Assembly: GCA_000934665.2 (NCBI GenBank)
Contig: KZ537986.1
Location: forward strand, 62,001 to 126,000
Length of the DNA: 64,000 bases
Origin: Catajapyx aquilonaris
Lineage: Eukaryota
Direction of reading: 5' to 3'
Position numbers and translations under genes: made by a program. Below the pieces are notes generated by a model, which was given only the letters and a program-made list of their open reading frames with translations, made no database searches and was not told where the DNA came from. Below are positions 52,787 to 64,000 of this stretch, one piece after another (within the stretch, counting starts at the first letter, position 1; each line of letters opens with the position of its first letter).

Positions 52787-55700
52787 TGCTGTCTCCCTGA
52801 GGCTTCTCCCTCCCCGAACCCACCCCCACCCACCCTCCAACCCACCGTCCGGTATACTGCCCTGCCCTGCCCCCGCCGCGGGTTTATCTTATTGGCAACG
52901 AGATTCGTCAGCTACCAAAAAGGTCGCCGAAATCAAAGCCAATGGTTCGAAACAAAACGAAGCAGAAGGTTCACGTCAAATCTGGGGCCAGCTCCTCAAT
53001 TTATTATCGCATGCCTTTGGGTTTCCACCTCTTTTGCTCTCCAGGAATGGAAGGAGTAATTTTGTACTGCAGCCCAGTGGAAACGCGCGGCTCGTTTGTC
53101 TTTTCCCTGCCAATACGAACTCCTCCAATTTCTTCCCCTGGCGAGGGCGGCCAGGAACTCCGCAAGTCCGCAGAGTGCTAATTATTTCTAATCCCAATAC
53201 CTCTCCCAAGAGAATAGAGCAGGAATTCGATGAGCTCGAGTTTCCTGTGCATCACATCAAATCCACTTACAGCCCCAGAGACTGACCGCATTTCCAAGTT
53301 GCTGACCGAACCGCCAAACTTGTCCAACGATGGGAAATCGCATTACCGACCCCAATCGCCGGCCTGGGGCCTAATGAAGAGCACGACACTCCAGCTGTAG
53401 GCCTACGGGAATATGACCCCACCTCGACACTGTACACCGCAGTCTGCTACGCCACTGGCTTTCCGTCCACTGTTCCGCCTCGCTGTGTGCTTACTGGCCT
53501 TCTCACTATTTAGTCCAGTACATAAAATCGTTTTCCTCTTTTCCTTTGTTAACAGTATTGATGATTCAGTGAAGCAACAACGCTCAAAACGTGAGACACG
53601 TTCCTATCCACCAATCATCGAACTCCTATATACAGGGCAGTGTTTCTCAAACTTTATTGGAAAACAATGGGATTTCAAAAGAAAGTCCCACTGACAAGTC
53701 ATCTTGCATCTTAAAGTTGCCAGCATAATTTCCTCAATAAAAGTGACATTGTCCCTGGCTTATGAAAAGGCCTATTTCAGTTAGGTTAATACTATATTAG
53801 TGCAATTAAGTTGTCATAACTTAGATGCATGCTCTCAATAGGCCTACCTACGAGTACGTTTTTGATGTAGTAACTCTACAGTACACTCACTTAGGTAGGG
53901 GCAAAAAAAAATCCGCAGCCCACTTTGGCGAATTATTCCCATACGCAAATTATCATTCGCCAATAAAATAACAGCGAAGGTTTGAATTTTTTGGATCAGT
54001 TCGCTACCCACCACTGCCCTACAGAAGTATACAGGCGAGTACAGGTGAACACTGATTGGCGAATAGGTACTGCGTGCATGTTGTGAGCGTCCCAATGTGA
54101 ACCCACATTTATAGGTTATACATACAGTGAATGCTTCTGGGTATTGAACTGATATCCCCCAAGCAAAAACCCTACACTTTCCACAGTTTCCCACTCACGT
54201 AATATCCCAAAATTATGTATGAAGCCCCCTGGTATCCTTGAACGCTCCCATTCCAGCCAACTCCCTGCCACATTTCCTCACTGATTTCGACCACCGCCGA
54301 GACATATTTGACTCGCCGACGTGGTCACAAATGTAAAATTAACCTCAGACCCTATTAGCCGCAGCCCGAGTTTCATCTCGGGCAGGGGCGGGGCCTGCGA
54401 AGATTCCCATGTTCCCAGTCGGTGTCATCAACTGTTCCGGAACATCGGAGGGCTCCCGCGATCAGACCGCGGTTGACCAGCGGGTTCGGCCGAGGCAATC
54501 AGGCCCCGAATTCCCTCCCAATCTCCTCACGCCTCCTGGAAATTAATAAGCCTTGTCCGGGCGATCAGCGAGGATTTGCTCCGGGAAGAACGGAAGGAAT
54601 TTCAGAGAGAGAGAGAGAGAGTTTGCCTCCACCCGGCAACGCCTCCCCTAATTCTGCAATCAATGACTCGGAGAGGGGGAAGAGCCACAAATAAAATCAA
54701 CAATTGCCTCTATTTTTGCCCCGTCCTTTTGCGCCAAATATATGCAGTGCCCGGTTCAACAACGGCAGAGAGACATAAACGTAATTTCCAAAGAGAAACG
54801 GAAAGAGGGAGGAATATTTTCCGCTCCCCCTGGCTTTCAGAGCCGGCAAGCGTTGGGGCGTTGCTACATTGCTATCACTACCAAAAATAACGAATGGGGC
54901 TCACGGGGGAACCCAATCATCGAACGTAGCTAGCCGTGGAGATTACACACACAAAACCTAGTGTGTAATTGGTTTCGCGGCAAAAAAAAACCCGGCTACT
55001 TTGGAAACTCCGCTCCTCGCAGCATAATACTTGCCTCAATAATGCATTCATCGAATCAATGGCCGAGCCGTGTGGAAAGACAACTAAATCTCTCTCGACG
55101 CAACACGGCCCCTTTTTCTGGCCACTTTCCCCATAACCCACGCAAATGCGGAGATCGAACAAATCAATAACACTTTACGACTGTCACTTTAATGCAAAGA
55201 AAGCCACGAAAAATAGTTCCAAACAGAAAATTACAATGTCACTTCCGCTTGCCAATCACCTGATCTTAAACCGTGAATTGACTTCCCTCCTCAACCAATG
55301 CAAAATAAAACTTGAATTCTAAGTAATCGGCTGTTACTGCCTTTTTTCGAATGCACACTTCGCTGTGGCGGTTGACTGTTTATTTATGATAACTTCTGAC
55401 TCATTCACTTGGTCTAGTATGTGTAATATTAACACCTACGCAGACGGGAATGCTCATGAATTTATGTAAGCAAACGTATACGTAAAAAGGTGCGCCAGTT
55501 GATCGAGCTGATCGTAGGATCCTATATTACACAGATGTTTGCTCATATAAATGCACACTTGGTTCATAGGTTCGCTACACAATCATCTGACCACATAGAT
55601 TATTATCAACTGACGACATCTAAATGTTATTGTTATATGGATTTATTCGAAATCGTATCTTGACTTATGCCATTTTATTTTTTAAGGAACCTAGCCCAAA

Positions 55701-58700
55701 AATATTGCTTTTGAAAACAAAAAATCAAATAGTTTCAATAATTTCATTGACAAAGTCTTTGGTGGAGGTCCCTCAAGAGTTTGCTGATTCCATACGGTGT
55801 TCCTGATGAAGATAAAAAAACATCAAAGCTAATCAGACAAGGCCGCACATCCAATCCCAGGTCAAACCAAGTATCCCTCCAAGGATTTGGTCCCCGGAGA
55901 ATACCTATTATATTACACCCAGGTTGTTTCGATATAATCGCGTTACTGTAGACGAGCTCAGATTCCCTTACATATACCCCGACGAGGACGGATAACCTCC
56001 GCTCAGGTGTCTGACACCTCTGATAAACTACCTGTACAGCAATCAAAAATCCCATCCTCAGCGGAATTCCCCTCCCAATCCCTGAGACCTAGAGAATTCT
56101 GAGCCAACCTCCCTCCTACCACCCTCTTCCCTTTTCCCTCTCTGATTCTAGTCGTTTCCCAGCACTGCAATCTGCCCTACACGTCCGCAATCCGGTAGCA
56201 ACTCCCAGGCAGCCAGCCTCCCATCCCCTAAGCAAGCTCAGTGACAAGATCTACAGTATGTCACCACTAATGCCTCCGAATTCTAGTAAATGGCAGTCAC
56301 TTCCCTCTGCCGTCTTGCGAGGCAGGAATGAGTCCTTGTCACACGGAATGGGGTCTGAAATGACAGGGGAGGGCCAACCTGTTCTACGCTCTGCTCAACC
56401 ACATTATACTGGATGGCCCGTGTAAACCCATGCAGCTCCTAATGATGCAACTAAGGAGTTGAACAAATTTCCAATTGAACATTCCCAATTTTTCAAAACC
56501 CAATTGATGTGTCCCAAAGACTACATGAAACCTATGTCCATGGCATAATTGCTCCCTTCCGAAAAAATAATGAGAAACAGGTTCTTATTACATGTGACAA
56601 AAACACAACCTTGCGCTGGGACCAAAGAGAAAATTCTCCTCGTATAGGTCACTACCATGACTCCGTCTTCGCCTTCTTGTCTAGTCAGCATAATCGAGTA
56701 TCCATAAAACACTTTGTGCACAATATTATTATAATTTCATCACACAAGGTAGTCATATACACTGATAAGCAGCATCGCAAATTGTACGCTCCCTGTACAA
56801 CTAGTAAAATGTTATGTGACACTTGCGAGTGACTTTATGAACAACATAACTCAACACGCTGAGTGGTGATTTTGAAAATTGGGCATCCGAATCCCATTCG
56901 CTCGGGTGGCAAGGGCGAAAAGCTGCGAAGGAAAAGAGATTGGACTGGCAACCATTCCGTATAGGCATCCCCTCCTCCTCCTCCTCCTCCTCCTTCTCCT
57001 CACCGGAGACGGACGGGCCCGAAATTTTCCTAGCCCTGCATTCCGTCAGGTTTCTAGAATAAGCTTATTGGAAACAGATTTGGGGAGATCGCAACGTTGG
57101 GCATCGATTCGACCTGGTGAGCCAATAAAGTGACGGGCCCAATCCCCCGACTCGCTCCTGATGGCAAAGCAGCCCATTCCCTACAAAAATAAAATATAAA
57201 AAAGAGCGGGGGAGGAAGGAGAGGGGAATCCCACCACATAGAAAACGTATGGGTGAAGTTATAGGGTAAAAATGGTGGGGGAGAAAGCCGTATAGTGAGT
57301 TGACGAGAGCTGAGGTTTGTGTTGGGTATACATGATTACTCCCATTTGCAAACACTGGATTATGACGTCATCGATCCTGATTCAAAATTGACAACAGGGT
57401 GCTGTGAACATTCAAGCTGATCCAATCCGGGTAGTAGTAGCACCCATCGGAGCGCAGGGTGCGGTTTTTCCTTTCTTCCTCTCTCCGCTGGCCCTTTCAG
57501 TTTCTGAGACGTAAATCCCTTTTTGGCAGCCATAACGGAAGCAAGCCACTCAGCCACACATCCGGTCGGACCCTCCAAAATGGCCACCAGGAAAGACGCC
57601 CCATTTCGGGGACAAGCGTCCATGCGAAAAGTGAAGTTCCTCCGATTCCTGTCGCCGGTGTCAGGGCTTTCCTCCGTTCGCCCCCTACCACAAACAACCA
57701 AGGATGGCAGAAATATTCGCTGGCTCAGCGAACACTAATAGGTCGGTGTTCCCCATCGCCTAGGGTGAACCGAGGTGTCAAAGGTTAATGGCGCGTTTAC
57801 AATACTGCGCCAACCGAGTGTCAAATTCATCACCTTATGGATTGTCAGGCGAAAAGGCTGCGGAAAATGACTCCCTGCAGACCGGAGACGGGGTATATAA
57901 TCTCGCACGTACGAATGGTGTGGGTAGCGATTGACTGGGGATGATTGCACCACAAGGCAGTTAACATTTACAAGGTCAACACATTCAAGTCAAACCCTAA
58001 TGGCCTCTGGCGTTCTGGTGTTTTCGATGGAGCGAATGCTATTAGCTTGATTGCGCTTGATTCGCTCGACAAATTCTCCCCAAACTCGTTCCGAGTCCCA
58101 GTTGACGGCATCATAGCTTACCATCGGACCAATCAGGCCCGTGTCCTCTCAATCTTCCGTCTACTATCCGCAGGGATCCCCTCTCTCGCTCTATTTTTTC
58201 CCCTCCCCCCTCCTAAACCCCTCCCCCCTTTCCATGACAGAAAGCAAGGCCGACTGTAAGACCACAAAACCAACTCTGGGCAGCGAGAACTACGCCTAAA
58301 AACTTGGCCCGAGCCAGAAAAATTCATCCCATCCCTCCCCACTCTTGCTGAATGAGGCCCTGGCGCAATTTCCCAGTGTCATATTGCACCTGCAAGCCCA
58401 TAAACGTCTTCTCCATTCACTCAAATATACACGTCCTTCTTTTCCAGTGCTCTTTTAGTAGGTTATGCAAGTTGGCCTCGTCGCTCTTTTAGCCTCCCAT
58501 CCGTGGCCATAAAAAGCCTTCCGCCCCCTCCGCCATAATGGGAAAACGAATGACTTCTTCCAACAGGGAAAAGCCAGCAACTTCCTCCTTCCAGGTCGCT
58601 CTGTAATTGGACTAGGGCCAATGAAAAATCAGCGAATTCCCCTCCTTTGTGTCCACGGATCCCCCCCCAAACCTCTTCTATGGAATCGGCCTCCCCCACC

Positions 58701-59888
58701 CCAACTCCGGCAATTTGCAATTTCATATGAAAATTGCCGCCGGATTCCTACGAGATGGCGATATTAGGAGCCCAAGCGCCTGCCAATTGCCTCACTTGTT
58801 TGCCCAGCCTCTGGACCACAGCTCAATGGCCCAGGGGAATTTCAGAGAAGTACTCCGAAAGGAAGAGGAGGACCCAAATTTTGCGCGTTCTAAACGGCCT
58901 CCCCATAGCATCGGAATTTGCAGCACACAGTATGCAAAAGTTGGCCGAGCGAGGGGAGAAAATTTAACTGAAACAAACAATTGTGTAGTGCCAACCGCGA
59001 GGTCCAATACCATTCATGTTTCCAAAGCTATGGTCGAGATGGTGCCCCAATTCGTGCCTGACCCCACTACCAAAGCTTTTTCTATAATCCGAAGAAGAAA
59101 AAAGGCAGGCTACAACTTCAGGTCCACTCATTAGTCGTTGACATGGAACAGGAACGCATTATAAGCAAAAAGTATTATGAAATGACAAATAGAATTTATT
59201 TATTCGATGATACACTTTCTTATATGAAACGTTTCATATCCCTTGAAACATTATGTTGAAACCATTTATTCAACCGAATTTACCAAAAAGACCACATCTG
59301 CAGGCAATAAAAATCATAATTATTTATGCACCACGTATTGTGTAGGTGTTGCCTAGTTGGTCTTCATTCTAAAACCTACTTTATGTGTATACCATTTAAT
59401 GCGGTTTACGCTATTATCTTGCTTACGCTAAACTAAACCAGAAAATTATAAATGCATTCAAAATTGCTGGAATATCGCTATCAGCATCTCGAGCAAATTT
59501 AAGTTTAAAATGACAGAAGTCATCGTATACACTATACAGTACAGTACTATCTATCAGAAAAAAAAGTACTTGTCAAAAATAGTCACGTATCCTGGCGTTA
59601 ACCAGGTGCACTCGTTTTGGTTGTTTTTTTTTTTTCTTCCAAAGAATTTATCTTGAGAGCACTGACGGTTGCATCGCTCCAGGTTACGTCTAGCCAAAAA
59701 TGATGATTGTTAAAATAGACAGTACAGTACTGGCATGTTGTTTCGTCACTGCCTTCACCATTGAAGTACCGAGTTAGAATGAGTCATGGTGCTGATTTCT
59801 ATAATGTTACATGAATTTTCTCAAGGGCCTCTCGTTCACCAAGAACAACGTCGGAAATGATAACAAAAAGGTCCCTAGGAGGCATCCT

Positions 59889-59931
59889 TTATTATTCTTC
59901 TTATTATTCTTATTATTCTTATTATTCTTAC

Positions 59932-59967
<36 letters not shown>

Positions 59968-59972
59968 CATTA
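59889..59972. repeat. Compound (TTATTATTC)n/(TTA)n microsatellite
   Basis: Read directly from the sequence; it produces the poly-Leu and poly-Asn ORFs at about 59807-60232. Confidence 0.95.
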
Positions 59973-62900
59973 CAGTATAAGGCTAACAAGGCCAGCCTAG
60001 ACAGCTTCCAGACAGCAATTAATTTTTGATCCCCGTCGTAGCATTCATCCATCGCAAACGGGCCAGCATCTGTCCGATTACAACTCAATCTTGGGAGTGT
60101 AAGTTTACAGTCGTATCCGCAGACATAACCCCCCGAGATCCTCGCAAGAGATCGTAAAGGGGGGCATCTTTCCCGCCCCCACAAGCCTCCTCCACCCCCG
60201 CTAGCTCTCTCTCTCTCTCTCTCCTTCCCCAACGCCCCGGGTCCATTCGCGCCGACGGAGAACCAAATTAACGAATGGGCGCCCGGGTGGCCCTAAATCA
60301 CTTGATCAGCACCTGAAACTTCATGCCTTTTATCAATCAATTGGGTCGCCGGCCTGCTATCTCCGCGCACCCCTTAAATTCCCAGCCTAATGACATGATG
60401 AAGGCCATTTGCTCCGCCGAATGGGCCAAGATAGAAGAACGAATGGGCAGGGACGATTGGCTTACGTGCTTCTGGCATCTGCTGCCTCCCCTGCCCCCCC
60501 TCTTGGACTTGGGGACTCCACTAAAAGACGCGCGTGTACGTATCAGGGGGGTTGGAAGGGGAGAGGGTGTCCGAATAAAAAATTATTGTCCGTGGGAGTC
60601 AAATGTAACTGGGAGCACGCAGTCCCACACCCCTCCCTCCCCAAACACGACGCCGGGACTAGATATCTAGCGTTTATCCGACCGTAACTCCTCCGCTTGG
60701 ATCAATGGTCACCCGCATCATTTTTCTCTCCGACGTGATTGGGAAACTAGCGCCGCAGCCCTGGTCTCCCCGGAAGATGCCCTCCGGCCGCAGCCAAATG
60801 ATTGATGCCACCTCTCCCCATCCACACAGATGTACAATCATCTCGCCATCCACTTCTCCAAAGAAACCAATTTCTTTCTGGTCATCCCAAAAGGGAGACC
60901 TGACCGGAATATCTCTTCGGCACCGATGAAAACTCCCGCTATAATTACCGGAGCGGGTCATATGATTCAGATCACATCCAACTTGGGTAAGGCTGGAAAC
61001 TGCGATATGAAAATTAAATTTGAGTTTCTGTACAAATTGAATGACCCGGTAGAACAAGGGCCCAAGTCAAGCAGGATACACTGTACAAGTACCGGCTACG
61101 CATTTTTTCGAATGCATAACTAAATTCGTCACGCGATATTAACTATACCCCCAAAATAAGATGGACGGTGTTCTATTTTATAATTCTTTTTTAGAGTAGG
61201 CCTAAGGCCATCAATTCAACGTGAACAGCAAATTAACACCAATAGCTAGGTACGGCCAGTGTCGCGCGATTCCCTCTTTTATTAGTGTAATGGGTCCGGC
61301 GCCATCTTGGAACCTAAAGACAGAATCATGATTAAATTCCTACTATTGAATGCTCATGTGTCAGGTGTGCGAATCCCATAATCACACCATCTCGCTTTTT
61401 AATGGCTTCCCTGCAATTAGGAGGGGGGAGAGTCGAAGGGGGAGGATGCAGGGGGGAATTTATTCGCCGAACTTAATTACACATTGGAAGTCGGCAAAGT
61501 GCATTCATGTTCGATGAGTCTTCATTTCCCTGTCCCCCTCCTCTCGCTCAGTCTCTCTCTTTATGACGAAATTTTCATTCGGACGGTCCTGTTTCCAACA
61601 GTCACGCTTGCATGCGTGTGGAACAGTCCTCGTCCCCCCCCCAAAAAAAAAGAGCCAGGGGAGATATGCTCATCTCCCGGTATCTGTAACAGTCACGTGT
61701 CATTTTGGACGTGTCAAGTCACGCACGACAGCAAATTCCTTATTGTCACATTACGTGGTAGAATAAATTTCACTGCTGATAATGTCGTTAAAATTCACTT
61801 ATGTGCATGCAGCAATGTGCTTTCACCATTTCGCAACGCTGATGCTTTCTCTCCCGTTCCTTCTACTTTCTTTCACAGACTATTAAAAATTCTATATGAT
61901 CCCCCGAATCCGCCAAGGGTTGTTCTTGTGAGCTGCTGCGTTTGGACTGTGCATACAGTAGTGAACAGATCGCAAAAAAATAATTTAGCATGAAATCTGC
62001 GAAGTGTATTTTCACAAAAAGTGCCTCAAAAATGTGGGGAGGGGAGGATCAGTTGAGTAGAATATTAAATCCATGACCTGAATAATAAAATTTATGTTAT
62101 GAGATGCATGGATTCGGGGTGGTAGGCGCACCCCAGCTCAACATTATTTACATTTTCAATCCACACATGCATGACTTTATGACTCCCGAAATTATGCGCA
62201 GGAACGCCTCCCAGCATCTTCGGAGATTACGGTGTGAATATACTGCCTACAAGAACCGTAACGAAGATTAAGAATGGGCGCTGGTTTAGACTCATAAAAA
62301 ATTTCGGGCCCTAACTTCTTCCACCTCCGTTACGACCCTGCAAGTTGGCAAAGAAAAACAGACAACGAAACACCATCTCTTCTGGGCCACGCCAAAGTGG
62401 ATGGTCGCCTGAATGGGATTTTCACTCTACTGTTTTTAGCCAGAAAAAAAAAATGAGAAGAAAAAAATGTGGAAAAGCCCAGTTTGAGAGCTACTGGTTA
62501 CATAATACCCAAGCCCAGTTGTGTGAGGATCTACGCCTTGGGCTCCCAAACTTTATTCCGAAAGCTGGTGCAGTTTCCGGAGCCTTAAAAGCCCCCAGCC
62601 CACCAAACCCATCCGGTAGCCTTTTTATTTGATTTTTTTTTTCTTCTCCCCTTCTCATTTTCTCTCTCTCTCTCTCCTTCCTTCTTTCACGAGTGTGCTT
62701 CGGCCCTGTGTTCTCCATGCCCCAACATGACAATATAACAAATTGTATCCACTTCCACACCGCCATATCCTTCATTTTCTGGATGGGACGTGCCAGCCGC
62801 GCCCGCATTTGTCTTGGGCCCTCGCTTCTCGTCTTCCCCTCCACAGAATGCCCTCAGCTCCTCCAAAAAAGCTGAATCCATCTCCCCCTCTGGTGAAGGA

Positions 62901-64000
62901 GGTAATCACTCTGGAAATCCAGGCGAACACTTGGGAGACAAGTACGCGGGAATCAGTGGAATCAAACCGCAAGTACAGTGCAATCCATCTCCCCCACTTC
63001 CCTGTCCCTGCAATTACGGCCCACGCCCTTCAAAATTTAGCCCCAAACACCAATTGTCTGGTCTCTGGGAAAAGTTTGTCGAAGGAAGGGGGCGCAAGGC
63101 AGTAGCGAACCCAATAACAAGTCGCGCCATTAATGCAAAACTCGTAAAGAAGGGAAAACTTGGTCGGGCGATGCTAAACAGCGCTCATCTAGTTGCGACA
63201 CGAGAGGATCTCTTCGTTGTCAAGTCGACAACGCTCCGGGCCAAACAAAGTTAAAGGGGAGGAAGGCAATGAATCCGCCGGGAGCGGGTCCGGGTGACGT
63301 CACAGGCAGCAAACATAAGATTAAGCGAAGAAACACCCCATGGGTTGCCATGGAAGCGACGACCAATCATAGCGATCCGGGCGGAGGTCAGATCGGGTTC
63401 CACACTTTGATGAGTGGGCCCCAAGACGGCGTCTGGGAAACTGCCACCTTGGAAAACGGATCCTGCTTCACTGGCACTTTCTTCCCCGTATAATTATATT
63501 GCTCTGAGCACCGCGACGCCTCTTTCTGCCCTGCCCTCCGAATGGGAATAGCCGTATTTCATCGTGATTTTATCACTCCAATTGAAACGAAATAGGCCTA
63601 CACATCACGGGGCCAGAAGAAGAAGAAGAAACGGAGGAGTTTCCCTTCCGCCCTCCCCTCCATGCAGGAGATAGATTACTTGCTCAACTCTGTCATGCCG
63701 AATATTAAAATCGCCCTGCTGCTTGCCTTCAAACTACTGCTACTTGATTTAAGGCTGCTGAGAAGAGGTGAGGGCGGGGACGGGGGGTAATCAAGACCTC
63801 CCACTCCCCACCCTGCGAAAATAAGCAAAAAGGCAGCCAGAGACAGTTTCAAGAGAGCAGCTCGCCTCCACCTTCCTTCTTCCCTTTTCGCTGGCTGTGG
63901 CACCAGCAGCATTTTATTATGCTATATTGAATCGCCTTGCTCATTTCCCCAGCAATCAGGGGAACTTGATAACTTTGGCAATACTTTCACACGATATTAT

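Larger units (their letters stand above)
42587..64000 (-). other. Long intron upstream of the RRM1 exon (continues beyond the window end)
   Basis: It ends at the CAG acceptor. The expected preceding exon (YVGNL...LF..IG.VK.CKII) was not found. Confidence 0.7.

Noticed and set aside
50475..53285. The longest ORFs in the track (236 aa at 50475 and 249 aa at 52536)
   Set aside because: No recognisable domain or transposase/RT motifs. They span homopolymer tracts and one includes an N, consistent with chance ORFs in GC-rich DNA.
53638..53655. CAGTGTTTCTCAAACTTT, resembling a hAT/Charlie TIR
   Set aside because: No partner TIR or TSD nearby, so it is too short to call an element.
1..64000. CRISPR arrays, rRNA/tRNA genes, operons, or retroelement coding regions
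   Set aside because: No regularly spaced repeat-spacer units, no conserved RNA gene motifs, and no RT, integrase or transposase motifs in the ORF track. The sequence is spliceosomal-intron DNA.

Overview
This is animal genomic DNA, most likely arthropod, and is almost entirely non-coding. The only coding sequence I can support is one 96-nt, phase-0/phase-0 internal exon on the minus strand (42491-42586, [32 protein letters not shown]). It encodes the RNP1-containing second half of RRM1 of a TIA-1/TIAR (Drosophila Rox8) family RNA-binding protein. I could not find the neighbouring exons by eye, so the window appears to be two very long introns (>21 kb upstream, >42 kb downstream). The introns contain microsatellites, G/C homopolymer tracts (two with N bases), a Harbinger-type MITE, a truncated pogo/Tigger-type MITE, a few degenerate transposon ends and a near-perfect 60-bp palindrome. 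The most interesting observations are these: (i) a duplicated branchpoint/polypyrimidine/CAG acceptor 125 nt upstream of the exon that would introduce a premature stop, a candidate autoregulatory AS-NMD switch; (ii) a visible alternation of GC-rich and AT-rich blocks with a period of roughly 3-4 kb; (iii) over-representation of TACAGTA/TACTGTA and TAGGCCTA, possibly transposon excision scars; (iv) inverted repeats whose single mismatch becomes a G-U pair only on the transcribed strand. I found no prokaryotic-type system (CRISPR, operon, rRNA, tRNA), and the other listed ORFs look like chance or low-complexity reading frames. All counts and compositional statements were made by eye and need computational confirmation.
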